DNA of 63,261 nucleotides, counting the filler, from Choristocarpus tenellus KU-1152 (lineage: Eukaryota; Protista; Phaeophyceae): assembly GCA_964200185.2 (NCBI GenBank). It is 11 parts of 11 records of this genome, joined end to end, with 100 filler letters (N's around TTAATTAATTAA, not from the genome) between each part and the next. Parts side by side here need not be neighbours in the genome. Positions count along the whole stretch, not along the records: positions 40,236 to 44,967 come from CAXNAD020013295.1; positions 45,068 to 47,910 come from CAXNAD020024269.1; positions 48,011 to 55,836 come from CAXNAD020005531.1; 8 more parts are not named here. One strand, 5' to 3'. The position numbers and the translations under genes were made by a program. The first letter of the stretch is position 1, and the number at the start of each line of letters is the position of its first letter. Below, piece by piece: positions 40,775-53,627 of this stretch. The notes beneath the pieces were generated by a model that searched no databases, was not told the DNA's origin, and worked only from the letters and a program-made list of their open reading frames with translations.

Positions 40775-41227
40775 ATCAAACCTGCAACACATGGGAACTG
40801 TGGTTTCTGGGCCTCCTCCTCCACCCCCACTCACTGCCCCAGGGAACCAATCTGTTGCTGAGAATGCCTCCAGTGGTGGAAATAGGGGCAGCAGCAGCAG
40901 CAACGTCAGTGGTGCATGGGCTGCCATGCTGGGGCCTGCCCTGGCAGATGTTACCCTACCCCCTGACTCAGCGACCCTTGCGCATGAGGGAGACAGGGCA
41001 GGAGGGTACAACTATTTGACAGTTGTGTATTGCCCGCTGGGACCTGTTAGAACCTCTGGCCTGGGGGGAATCAGGGCAGGGGGGGGTGGGAGAGGGAAGG
41101 GAGTTCTGAAGGTGTATCTAAATGATCCAAGGATGTTTGGAGCCCCAGCTTTGGAGACCGTTTTGGACCTGACAGCAATGCTGGAGGCTGGCGGGTGGGT
41201 TGGGAGGTTGTGGGGACTTGTAGCTGC

Positions 41228-41264
<37 letters not shown>

Positions 41265-41910
41265 GTTTTTGATGTGGTTAGAGTCTTCCTCTCAAATTTT
41301 TGTCATAACGAGGACATTTTTGGGGGGGGGGTTCTCTCAGAGGTTTCTTTTAGCAGAAACATTGTCTTTTATCTGTCCCCCCTGGAGGTGGGCTGTTTAT
41401 GTTTTAGATTGTTCTGGATTTGATTGGGAGTGTCCTCATTTCGGCAATGCATCTTTAGTAGATGAATTTTTTGCATGGACTCAATTGACACAGTGTAAGC
41501 GCTGAGGACAACTAACTAACTTGGCCTTGAGAGGAGTGAAATGGAAAATTTTCCTCCTCCCTCTCCTCCCCCCCCCCCTCTCTCGCCCATTCTCTCCAGT
41601 TTTAGACTTAGGGTTAGGGTTGATGGGTGGCTCATCGGTAGATACCCTTCTTATATATAGTGAAATCTATTTCCTGTGTAGTACTGGATCAGTTGTTCAT
41701 AGAAACAGATATTCATCCGTCTACCATTCCCAAACAGATCCATCCATCCATACTTCTGTCCACCTGTCCCTTGATCATCCCATTCGACCGCTTCATCCAT
41801 TAAAGCAATGGTTCATGCTCATTCTCCCACACATCTATCGACTGTTGTTAGTAGTACCTAGCTTCGAAGCTGGTGTCATCGATTTCGGTCTCTTTGCTCC
41901 CTCCACCTCT

Positions 41911-41959
<49 letters not shown>

Positions 41960-42395
41960 ACCCCCCACCCCACCCCACCCCGACACACACACCCACCCCC
42001 ACACCCCCCCCCCCTCCCTCCCCCTCCGCGACAAACCCTGCACAATGCACACAGTAATGCAAACAGTAATGCACACAGTGCCTCTTCGGCAAACCCTCAA
42101 CATCTTCTTCACCACCATCTCTGATACCGATCTTCTCTCCCTTGTTCTGTATGTATGTATGCGTGTGTGTATGTATATATATATGTATGTATGCATGTAT
42201 GTATATACATATGTATTATGCATGCATGTATGTATATATTGTGTTTGTATATTCAAACTTGCACATGCTATTGTACGCATGCCTTGGTGGACGACACTCA
42301 TTGTTATACCCACAACAAATATAATAACATGCACAAGAGGACGGGCCAACGTGGGTGTTGTGGGTGAAGGCTCTCTCCACACCATCCTCAAGCAG
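40775..42395 (+). CDS. Putative L-type (legume) lectin-like domain exons 40775-41194 and 42338-42395
   Basis: LTVVYCP..LKVYLND..PALETVLDL..GG|GRANVG..HTIL resembles the end of L-type lectin folds; splice phases compatible. Confidence 0.45.
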
Positions 42396-42759
42396 GTACG
42401 ACATCATGAAAGTCCCTTCCCCCCCCCTTACCCATACATCAAGTAAACTTGACCCACTGATACGCATCCAATATCTCGTTTTACCTCTTACTGATTCTCC
42501 ACTTTATAAACAGAAGTTACCCTGCTCATGATTCTTAGAGATCCAATAGAAAATAAACTCCCCCCCCCCCTCCGTAACACGTTACTTAGAAAAAATCATC
42601 TAGACTTCCCTTAGATAGTGGTGCTGTTTCTCTAGAATGATGCCAGACTGAGGGGTTTTGGTGATGGCAGGCTTCTTATTGGCTGAATGTGACGTTGAGG
42701 CAGTCCTATTGGTGTAATTTATGCTTTCTTGTTGTACAAGTTCGGGCCGTGTCTTCTGT

Positions 42760-42800
<41 letters not shown>

Positions 42801-43258
42801 CCCCCTCACTATTGTGACACACTTGCCTCTCTGCCACACTGCACCCCCAGCGTTGGCAGATGGTTTTTTCATGCCTCTGTGCTGACCCGATCGGTTTCCC
42901 CCATTTTATGGGAGGGGCCGGTCTTGAAGGCCCAGAAAGCTCACGGTTGAAACAAACCAAGATGACCGCCTCTTTTTTTTTGGATGCGATGTGTAGCTCA
43001 GTCTCAACGCGGGCTAGATAGGGAGTACTGAGGATGAGATCGATCGGGTAAAGGGGGGTAGCACCACCAGGGGAGAACGGTTCCCTCTCGTGACGTGATG
43101 ATTATTTTGCAGGTATCTTCTTCGAAGGCGTTTGAACGGCACGTAACAACCGCCTTGCGCTCTCATCTGCATCTCTTGTCTTCTCACCCTACCTAACCAC
43201 CGTGTGACTTGACCCCCCACGATTCGACCATCCAATGATTGGTTCTTTCCCCTGGACC

Positions 43259-43299
<41 letters not shown>

Positions 43300-43320
43300 T
43301 TTATAGTGGTCCTTCCATAG

Positions 43321-43630
43321 TCACGGTGCAACCGAAACTGTCGCTCTAGGACAGCCATCTGCACGTAGTTCTTGGCACACCATCAGGGGACCGCTACTGA
43401 CAGGTAGGGGTGGAGGTGGTGGAGGTGGTGGTGGTGGTGGTGGTGGTGTGGAAGTGGGTTCTACATCAGCGTTCTCCTTGGCAGAATCCCCCATTGCGGG
43501 CTCTGTGGCGGGCTCTGTGGTGGGCTCTGTGGCCTTAATGTCTTCATTTGGTCCTGTGGGGGCCTCTTTGGCAACTTCTCCAGGGCATTCAATGGACCCT
43601 GCAGTGGATGCTATGGAGGTGTGGTCTGGC
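43321..43630 (-). CDS. Possible terminal exon of an unknown Pro/Glu/Thr-rich protein
   Basis: AATAG acceptor then open frame with TEPT/TEPA repeats and poly-Pro to a stop. Confidence 0.3.
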
Positions 43631-43754
43631 CTATTTGCACAGTACAGGTTTGTTTCTTGCATGCAACGGAGCGTTGGCCTTTTGTTCTCCGGTCATCCCC
43701 ACCCGGAATTTACCTACCCTACTAGATAAAAAAAGCAATCTCTGTATATATGTA

Positions 43755-44603
43755 CTCCCTCTGTCCCAGTAAGTCTGTATCATCATTAACGGGGGTTTTT
43801 TGCGAAAAGTTTTTTCAAATGTGAGATTCAGCAAAAAAAAAAAATGATATCTCGATCAAAAGCCAACAAACTTGGGCTTGCACATGAGATACATATCTTC
43901 AATATATCAAAATATTTTTTCATTTCGAAACGGTCGAGAAACCGTCCCCCTGAGCAGATTCGTTTGTTTTTTTGTTGGAAAATGGCAGATTTAGCAAAAA
44001 CAGAAAAATCGACCAAAAGTGGCTGGAAATGATGGTTAATTGACTGTAACATCTCGACAAGACCTCCGATGTAGACGTAGTTAGTTGCATTGGATTCCTT
44101 GGCATTTTTTGCATTAAATTTATTACTCGTCACTCTCATCCTCTCCCTCAATTCACAAAGTTGTGGCCGCGACTGTGTGCATCTCTGTCAATGGGGATCG
44201 AGCGACCCAGAACGCCCTCAGGAGAAAAATGAGTGTGATTTGTAATTAAATTAGTTTTAAAAAACTCCAAGGAATCCAATGCAACTAACTGCGTCTTCAT
44301 CGGAGGTCTCACTGAGAAGTTATGGCTGATTAACCATCATTTCCAGTCATTTTTGGTCGATTTTTCTGTTTTTGCTAAATCTGCCACTTCCCAACCAAAA
44401 CCCCCCCAAAAACCTTTGTGTTCATGGGGACGGTTTCTCAACCATTTTAGAACGAAAAAATATTTTGAAGATATATCTCATGTGCAAGCCGAAGTTGTTG
44501 ACTCTTGATCGAGATATTATTTTTAATTTCTTAATCTCAGATTTGAAAAAGCTGTTCACAAAAAAACCCCGTTAGTGATACAGACTTTCGGGGACAGCGA
44601 GAG
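43755..44603. mobile_element. Stowaway/mariner-like foldback element, 849 bp, arms about 390 bp
   Basis: TA|CTCCCTCTGTCCC..GGGACAGCGAGAG|TA; arms are reverse complements along their length. A further related end GGGACAGAGGGAG|TA at 44796-44810. Confidence 0.92.
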
Positions 44604-45209
44604 TAAGAATATTCCCCATTCTGTGTTCCATTCATTCGGAACCATTTCAGAACAGAATTCCTTGTAGATTAAAAAAATATATATATATGTTTTGTTTTTT
44701 TATTAACCTAAGGTATTCCAAGGAATTAAACGCAAAAGTCCGTTTTTCAATCGGAGGTCATCCCGAAGAAGTGCAACTTGACGGCTCAGACTTATGGGAC
44801 AGAGGGAGTACATACATGCATACACACATATAATTTACACAGCGAACTGGAAAACTGTTGGCATTTTTTTTTTGTGATTTTTTTTTTTTTTCACTCCCAA
44901 GTGCAATGGAGAGTGATGATGCCCGAAAGACCCCTCCCTGAGGTTTGCCGGCTGGCGGGGAACGGAANNNNNNNNNNNNNNNNNNNNNNNNNNNNNNNNN
45001 NNNNNNNNNNNTTAATTAATTAANNNNNNNNNNNNNNNNNNNNNNNNNNNNNNNNNNNNNNNNNNNNAAACATGTGAGGAAATGTTTGCTTTGTGAGAGG
45101 CCTGGGGGTGGGGCCGGGGGGGGGGGGAGGGAGGGGATTGTTTTTTGAAGTGAGTGTCAAATGATGACAGTAGCTTAGTGTGTTAAGGTTTTATTGTCAA
45201 ATAGAACCT

Positions 45210-45495
45210 GGATGTATGGATGTCTGTATGGATGTCTGAATGTGTGTGTGTATATATGTACATCTGTATGTATATATGTCTGTACGAATGTCTGAAAGTG
45301 TGTAGGAATGTCTGTCTGTATTTATATATCTCTGCATGTATATATGTCTGTGTGTCTTTCTGTATGTATGTATATATATATGTATATCTGTGTGTCTGTG
45401 TGTCCGTCTGTATGTATAATTGTGTGTATATTTTTATAGATGTATGTGTGTCTGTCTATCTGTATCTTTGTATTCTCTATATCTGCATGTATGTC
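45210..45495. repeat. Degenerate TGTA/TGTC/TA microsatellite tract (similar tract 42148-42240)
   Basis: Low-complexity sequence producing spurious CVY-rich ORFs. Confidence 0.85.
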
Positions 45496-45728
45496 AGATC
45501 AAGCAGGCAGTATTGCATTTATTTTTATTTTCTGCAATGTGCCCTATCGCCCCGAAAGTTACCATCAATTATATGTTTTTTTTAAAATAAATGTGTGGCG
45601 GTTGTACCGCATTTTTTTTTAAAGACTAAAATACAATCTCCTTCCTTTCTGTGCGTGGGTGCTCTGACGAATACCCATTAAAAAAATTTATTTTGTCTGT
45701 GACTGTGGTTGGGGGGTTGAATTTGCAG

Positions 45729-45866
45729 GCTGATATATCACTGCGTCCGTTTAAGGCGCCGATGGCCTTGCAGATCATGGGTGGTGGGCTTGTGCTAGTG
45801 GTGATAGTGGCATCGATTGTTCTTGGGCGACAGATGAGCAGGAAAAAGGCTCAGTACTACGTGGAG
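45729..45866 (+). CDS. Isolated internal exon encoding one transmembrane helix
   Basis: TTGCAG acceptor, GAG|GTGAGG donor, 138 nt; IMGGGLVLVVIVASIVLG followed by RQMSRKK. Confidence 0.5.
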
Positions 45867-48559
45867 GTGAGGTAGAACAAGGGAGAGACTTGTTCCATAC
45901 AAGCCACAAGTTGCGTTGTTGCTGTAGGAATGATGGCATTTTTTTTAATATGATTTTTTTTTTTTTCAACGAGTGTTTTTTTTTCTTCTTCATCACTTCA
46001 AACGGTTCCCAAGTGTTCAAAATTTGTACGTTCTGGAGCAGTAGGGTTTGAAGATGTATATTTTTTCAGTGTGGTAGAAAAGGTTGATGTCGATGTATTT
46101 TGATTGTTAGGAACGGGGGGTATTGAGATAAGGTGGATGATACAGAGAGAGGCAAAGGCAAAGATAAGAAAACAGATGTAGGGGGCAGTGTCTGATGTCT
46201 GCTGCCCCTGTCCCTATCCCCAGACCCCAACTCACGGGTGCCTTTCCTGTGACGTTTTGTTTTGTGAGGGTGCAGTAGAACCAGCTCTGTAGCTTGTGTT
46301 AAGTTCAATAGTATTTAGAGTGAGTGTGCTGTGAGACTAGGTGTATTGTGGTGAGAAACAAAAGGGGCGTTGTGGTAAACCTCGATCAAGTCCAAAGTTT
46401 GTGTCCTAGACAAATGATGTCTATATTTTGTGTTGTTGTGATGGTGTTAGGGGAGAGCTTCTCTTTGTTCTTTTTTAATGCATAGGGGAGGGAGGGGGGA
46501 GAAGTGGATCCGATTGGGTGCATCTAAGTATATTAATCATGGATCCCACATCTATCTATCCATCTATGTACGTTGTTTTTTCTTAAAACGTATTTCCTCC
46601 CTCTTGTCCTAGCTTGCTGTTTGTTTGTTATTGGCTTTCGCCTCATAATTTTCCTGCAGAGGTTTGAATTCAATACCAGTGGGGTGTGATGCGATGTGAA
46701 TTGACCCACATTAAGGGGTTAGAGGACTATTTCTTCACAGGAAAAGAATGAATAATAATAGGTAGGTAAGTGTGAAATGCCAAGTGGGTGGAGTGAGTAC
46801 TGTCTCCCTGCCATTGCTGGAAGTGCAGTAAAGTACGACCTAATGGAAGCTATGAATGATTAACTTTAATCAGAGGGTACTTTTCCCTTGAGGGTAATAG
46901 AGGTGGTTGTCTTCCTTTGCTGAGATACTGCATGAGTGTCCCTTGAGTGGTTTCTTGTTGATTAATTAAAGACGTAGGTTGAGGTTTAGCACACTGACTG
47001 ATGTGAGAGATATAACTAAATCGGTTAAGGGACCTCTCACGCCATGTTTCCTCGCACAAGTCATTTTCTAGCCCGGTCTCATCTTCTGTGTTGGTTGTTG
47101 CAGTTCCTCACACCTACCCCACCTCATCCCTGTCCCCCCCTTTCTACAGCTTGCCAATTCACCTCCACCCATTGTGGGGGCAACATGATTTTGCATGTGG
47201 GACTTTTTCTGGACAGTGTTGCTTGGAACACTGCACTCAAAGGGTGCCTCTGTGTCCAGGAATGGCTAGGTAGCGAAAGGGATAGCTTGGGCAATCTGCC
47301 CTTTCCTTTGTTATCTCCAGGTGTTGCTTAAGGTCTGAGAGTATATTTAGTCTCTCCTGGGGTGCACTATGGCGGGTTTGTGGTTTCTGTTGTATCGGCA
47401 TATGTGCAATATTGCAATGTGACATGCATTTTGATTGCTCATGGTCCTTGGTTTTGAAGGGGGAGGGTAATGTTCAGGGAATCACTCAAACCTACCTCGA
47501 GCTTGAATGGTAGGTAGAGTTGCTGGAGGGGATTTATCCTACTCATGAGAGGATGGATGTGTTGAAGGCGAATCATGGTTAGGAAATGTTTAGGAATCAT
47601 TCTGCCTGGAGTAGCCAGGCAGAAGCAAGTGTGTTGTGACAGTTTTGTCTGGGGCCTCCTCTTGTCCGCTGGTGCCCTTTTGGGTTCCTTTTTGTGTGTT
47701 GTTGGGCATGTTTTGACTCTTGATTAGCATGTCCAGTGTATGTAGCATGAACTCTGGCGAGGTATGCATTGACCTTAGCCCTGCCAATGTTGGCTTGTCA
47801 CTTGGAGAGCACCTCTCATCATCATGGTGCTAGCTTCTCTCCTCTCCACCCTCTTTGCATGTTCCTTCTCACGTGCTGTAATGGTGGTGAGCTGCTCCTA
47901 GCCCCCCCCCNNNNNNNNNNNNNNNNNNNNNNNNNNNNNNNNNNNNNNNNNNNNTTAATTAATTAANNNNNNNNNNNNNNNNNNNNNNNNNNNNNNNNNN
48001 NNNNNNNNNNCCCCCCATTGCCATCGCCTGCACCAACACCCCCTCCCCCATAAGCTGTCCCTCGCCTCTCTCTACCGTCCGGGCCGCCATCATCAGAGTC
48101 CCAATAACTGTTTACATTGTCTGCTTCTGAGGAGACGCCACCACTTCCATCAGCATCACTATTGATGTGATAGAGGAATTGTTTATGTTAGATATGGTAT
48201 TGGGGAGAGGGAGCTCGTTAATCCCATGAGGAGTTGAGGGCAATGACAACTAAACAGGAATTTACGGATATTTAAGGGAAGGAAGGGGCATAGGAGTGGA
48301 AGGGAAAGACTGAAATATTGGGGGGGAGGGAAAGGTCCAGTTTCTAAAGTACAAGAAGAAGGTTACTCTAAAAAGAGCTAAAGATTCTGCCGTGTGTTGT
48401 GTACAAGCTGTTCAGGGGAGGAGCAAGAAAGAACAATAGACTCAATCGAGTGTAGTTGGCCACGGACACGAGAAGGGCAACAATGTTTGCTTTACGTAAA
48501 TCCCTAGGATCAAGAACTCGGCCTCCCTCTACCCTTATATCTCCAGCAAGTGAACAGGG

Positions 48560-49360
48560 AAAGGCCCTAACAGAAACCCGTCTTAGAAGGGTAGCATTAG
48601 CATCCGCACAAGCTCTCCTGTTGTGAGGTCTGTCTCATACCACAATAGCACACTACGGAATCATGGCATCGTCCTATTGTATCTTCCATAATGTTTCTTC
48701 GATGGAATACAGTGGGGGATAAAAAGAAGGGGCGGAATAAGTATCGACTCGAACCATGTTTAATCACACGGAGACAACCAGGGCCAGCGCGATTCGAAGT
48801 TAGGGGAGTTGGGTTTAAATAGGACTTGACTCTCCCACATATATGCCAAGACCTCCGTAAATCCCACGAGCACAAATTAAAGAATAACAACCGCTGGGAG
48901 GGAAATGAACTAGCATGAGTCCTAATCGGTAGCAATTCAACAGGTCCAACAGTGACCAGAGGAGGGGGGAGTGGTGGTGAACATTCGTGAACAAAAAACT
49001 TTTACAAAGTAAGATGGTCAAAGCTGTTCGTTCAATAAGCTTTGGACATTGGGCACAACGCACTTTTGGTCTGGACTATGGTGATGCCAATTCGCCACCT
49101 GGCGGATTCCTGTAAAACCGACAACTCATAAACCGCCTAGGGGTCTTCAAACGAGTAAGACCCAGTGATTCACCGTACGTAATACCCACCAGGCTCCGCT
49201 AATATAGCAATTATATGGCTCAAACATAAAAATAAGAGGAGATAAGGACCTCCATGTCCACAAACAGTCGAAACCAGGCATGAGATCATAACGAGGAGAT
49301 TCTCCTTCATGGAATACTTGGACATAGAGGAAATCCAAAACCAATTCGGGACATCCCCCT
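48560..49360 (-). pseudogene. Possible Ty3/Gypsy pol remnant
   Basis: GRCHDSV..CG resembles an integrase zinc-binding start; heavily disrupted. Confidence 0.25.
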
Positions 49361-50166
49361 CAAATCTTGTTCCCTATGCGAAACTCAACACTCCTCCTCA
49401 CCTTCGGTGACGAGCGCAGTCGTCCCGGTTCCCTCTTGCCCGCCCATCAAACTGGGACGTCGGCCGTACAAGGGATTGTTTTTTCCCTTCGAGCGTTAAG
49501 GAGGCTTTGAGCGCCCTCCTCAGTGAGGTCATCTGTCCATGTGTTAATTTAAAATCTGTGCCACGACCAGAAGGGTCGATTCCCGAGCTGCCTTTCCTAC
49601 TAACTCTTCGATCCTCGCTTCCCACCTGACAACCTCGGTCAAGAGTCAAAAAAGAGGACAGAAATTTGTTCCCAGACAGGCTTGAAGCACCAACGTCAGC
49701 ACAATCACGAGGCTGGCATATTTCTGGTGATTATCTCGTGGGATGTAATAGGAGCCATAAGGCCTGATAGGCCTCCCTGACAGACTCTGTTGTTTTCTCA
49801 CTTCACTTTACACTAGTGATTCCACATTTTCACATCCCTGCATTTACTTGGGTCAAACATCACAAACTGTCAGGTCGCGAGCTAGAGCCATCTGCGCGCA
49901 GAATATTAACTGATTAAATTGATGTGATTATTTTAGGTACTTACGATACAAATACTTTGATCCATGATACATTCAGGAGACAAATAAAGACTTTTAATGA
50001 TAATATTCAGTGAGTGTGTAGTATGTATTATCATCACCCATCACATTTTCAAAAGGCGGATGGATAAGACTAAAATCTTGGTCAATTACTTTCGTTAATT
50101 TAAGGTTGTTGTATTCCTTCCCTTACATGTTTCTTCTTCCGTAATCTATGACATCTCAAAATGATA

Positions 50167-50242
50167 CTTCTCCTGACCCAAAATGAAGAGATTTATCATA
50201 GGTTTTTGTCCGAATGTAGCTTATATTTTGGGTCAGAGGAAG
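50167..50242. mobile_element. 76-bp Stowaway-like mini-MITE
   Basis: TA|CTTCTCCTGACCCAAAAT..ATTTTGGGTCAGAGGAAG|TA. Confidence 0.7.
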
Positions 50243-50619
50243 TATTATAATAATGCATAGTATTACTATTATACATGCACGACACAATAATTTCTAACAT
50301 TTCACACGTTACGGAGAAAAAAAAATCATACATAAAACATACTCAGCCCATGGTCAGAATGGCAACGCAAAAAAGAGGGACACCCAAAGGTCGTTCATCT
50401 TTATACCTTTCCCAAAACCCTTTGCAGAAATCACCTGGCGGTCTTAATGACACCTTGCCACCACGATTCAGGTTTTCATTGTTTGCTATTGTGTGTGGTT
50501 TATAGAAATAAACAGGAAGAGGTGATGTAGTATTCAGCTGTGCTTTCCACATTGACATGAATTAAAATCAAATTCCCCTCAAAAGAAAACCTGATCGTTA
50601 CAAATTTAAACCGACACAT

Positions 50620-50794
50620 GGCTCAAAGTATCTGGGAGGGGTGGCGGCTGTCCATTTGGGGTCAATTTTTTCATTTCGCGACTTTTGTGTGATTTGGTTA
50701 CATACATCAGATGGATAATGTAGATGCACTTTTCCTTACTTTGGCGAAATTGGCACCCTGGTGTAGTCTCCCCCCCCCCCAGATACTTTGGGTC
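50620..50794 (-). mobile_element. MITE family A, full length (175 bp), inverted
   Basis: TIR core CAAAGTATCTGGG/CCCAGATACTTTG, flanked by ACAT on both sides. Confidence 0.9.
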
Positions 50795-51809
50795 ACATTC
50801 TTTTGTTCATCTAGTCATCTCCAAGGACCTTGTTCCTTTGGAGTATACACTAAAGCTGGCAACGCAGGGATTATGTCCAGGACCCATGGAATTCTGGGCA
50901 GGATGATTGTGAAGGTGGATAGGTCATTCATGCTGACCGTGTCTGAGGTGAAGACAGAAACCATGTGCCTTTGACATCCCATGGTGAAATATACCAAAAC
51001 AAACTCAAAACAAGCTCTTAAAGGGCTTCTGCTAACTTCTAATCCTAGACTTAGGTTACAGAGCTACAACCAGACTGACAAGTTTATTCATCTTGGGGAC
51101 ACCACCAGCTGCCACTGCCAAGATCATTTGCAGGTTCAAAAAGTCTGGAACTATTTCTCTTAGTATGGCAAAGAGCTTCAAAATCGAACCATACAGCCAT
51201 ACCACCGCCTGAGCTTAAGATAATCGAATGCTAAAGGTTGAACTAGTTGGGGTCCTGTCATAGGTTTCTGACATGGATACTACACTAGGTGCACTTTGAC
51301 AAGCTTCATTATCGCAACAACAGACTACTCCTGCACTGTTGCATGGATTTCACAAAGGCGAAGACATAATCCACACTCTGTCCTACAAAGATGCCCTTGT
51401 GAAGGCAGGGTCCAACAGTATTGAGGCAACTACGAAAACAGGGGCTCTTGTTCACAGGGTCAGTTGAATGCATGTGGGTTGAGACTGCCGAAGGCATGTA
51501 AATTCTTGTAATTCAGAAGGAAGGTGTACAGGAGAAGCGCTGATGGATGTACCTGCAAGACGACCTTCAGAATTATGGGAGCAGAGTGAAGGGGTCAAAT
51601 ACAAGGGCAATAAACCAATGCAGGAATTTACAAGCTTGTCCTTGATGGAACAAAATGCTTTGTAGACTAGTGGCACACGCCAGAGAAGCTGTGATGACTG
51701 ACACGTATCATGCTAATGCAGCACAGCTAAGGCATCCCAAGCAGATCAGGACTCACCGTTGCCTGCTAAATTCACTCTCACTGAGGTGAGAGGATATCGA
51801 CATGCACTA

Positions 51810-53205
51810 CTACCTCCGTTTTAGAAAATCTATAAAACTCGGCTCATAACTGGGAAGGGGGCCTTGGAAGAAAAAAATTAGTGCATTATTGAAATCCTCC
51901 GATATGACTCAGTGTAACCTGATCTCCTCATCTCCATTGCCCACATCCATCAAACTGGGCTCGGCAATTCAAGAAGGCGTCCCTATCCACCTTTGTCCCT
52001 TTCACGATGTTCCTGCCCTCTGACCAATTCCACCTCAGCTTGCTCCACCTTGTAGTTGTCCCCACGGCTTGCTGATACCACATTGTAAACCTTAAACAGA
52101 CTCTGCCAAATCCTTCCGAGCGATCCTATGTAATATCCATCATACTCACTCAGAACTCCCTCAACAAGTTCCTGAACTGAAGTGTACCGAGCCCCTGTCA
52201 CCTGTGTTTTGAGACCAAAAGAAGTCCAAACGGTTGGTACTGAGGTCGCAGGCTATGCTGACTGCTTCACTTAGCTCAGCCGAACACTGCTTCTACTTCT
52301 TTGCAGCCACGATGATTCTCAGCATCCTCATTGGCGGTACCTCCAAACCGTGGAGACAGTGATTTTACTTCTTTTTGGGTCAATATAGTGAGAAGCTGTT
52401 GTGCAATGACGACAGTAAGTCGGCATCGAGGGCGTCTACCGTGTCTGACACACATTTTTGTAAGCTCGATCGACAGCCAAACTTCGTGGCTGTAGATAAA
52501 CCGAGGTCAGAATCCTCGGCAAGCGACGACGTTCCTCCTCAGTTTAATCACGGTCTGGGGATAGATCCCAAAATCCTTCCCCAATCACACAAGTAGCAGC
52601 GCGCCTCATTACCAGCGCCACGCACACGACAATCATCGTGCGAGTTTAGCAATCCAGCAACTAGAAAGCAAACTTGTGGTGGAGGGGTAGTCCATAAAGT
52701 TGATATGACATCTACTTCTCGCTTCAAAACCTCGACAAGATCACACTTCCACAAACAACCACATACTTTAAAATATTGTATCGATATGTTCTTTGTGATT
52801 TGGGTTACAAAATCCGAAAAAATAAATTGGTTCTGTCCATTAAGATTTAGTCCCAATATTAACCTTCAAGTTAGAAATAAGACAGAAATGTACCAGAAAT
52901 TTTTTTTGAGAGAGAAAGTCCATCCGCCATCCACCATCCACCCAACCTTCAACCATCCAACAACTTAAAGGACAAGTCTGTACAACATAAGATGTTTTTA
53001 TGATCAGTGCTGGAGACGGCACAACTTCTTATTGTTTCGAGTTCGAACCCTTTCGTCGCCACACTTCTTTTCAACAAAGTTTGGTATCGATAATGTTTGT
53101 CCACAAGAGATTCAACGGATTTTACACCTTTTACAACATGCTACGCCACATCATGATCATGGTGGAAACTTGGTGCTAGTGTCAATACCAAAAAAATCGA
53201 GGGAG
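51810..53205 (-). mobile_element. Internally deleted plant-type mariner element
   Basis: C-terminal transposase remnant SVQELVEGV..LGRIWQSLFKVYN..RGDNYKV, decayed SPDLN-like block, HTH-like VSTVWRY; candidate ends TA|CTACCTCCGTTTT and AAAATCGAGGGAG|TA. Confidence 0.6.
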
Positions 53206-53627
53206 TACTGAAGATGAGGGTGGGAGTGCTGAACCCAACGCGCCAGAAGAATGGAGGCAGCACAATTTAGTCAAAGTACAACAATCAGTGAGTACTAGAT
53301 ATAGGCTGTTCGAAGAATTAGAGAGTGAATGTCATGCAAATAATAATATAGTTTATGACTGATTATAAGACTTGTGAATTATGAATTGTGTCTTGTAACC
53401 GTAGCGTTCGCATGTGATGCACAACAAACTCTTGTGGAGGCAAGGAAACCATGTCGGTGAGACGAAGACCTACCATCGGACACCATGAGCGATAATTTCC
53501 TTATATAACCATGGATGGAGGGTTGGCAGTGCCCATACAAATAGCTCCAGCCCTTCCTCTCGCTCAATCGTATATTTTGTACTACTAGTCAAAAATCAAC
53601 CACTTTGATTGTCCTTCGTCCCTGCAA

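Noticed and set aside
41835-42467. Poly-Gly/Pro and YVCM-rich ORFs
   Set aside because: Products of poly-C and TGTA microsatellites.
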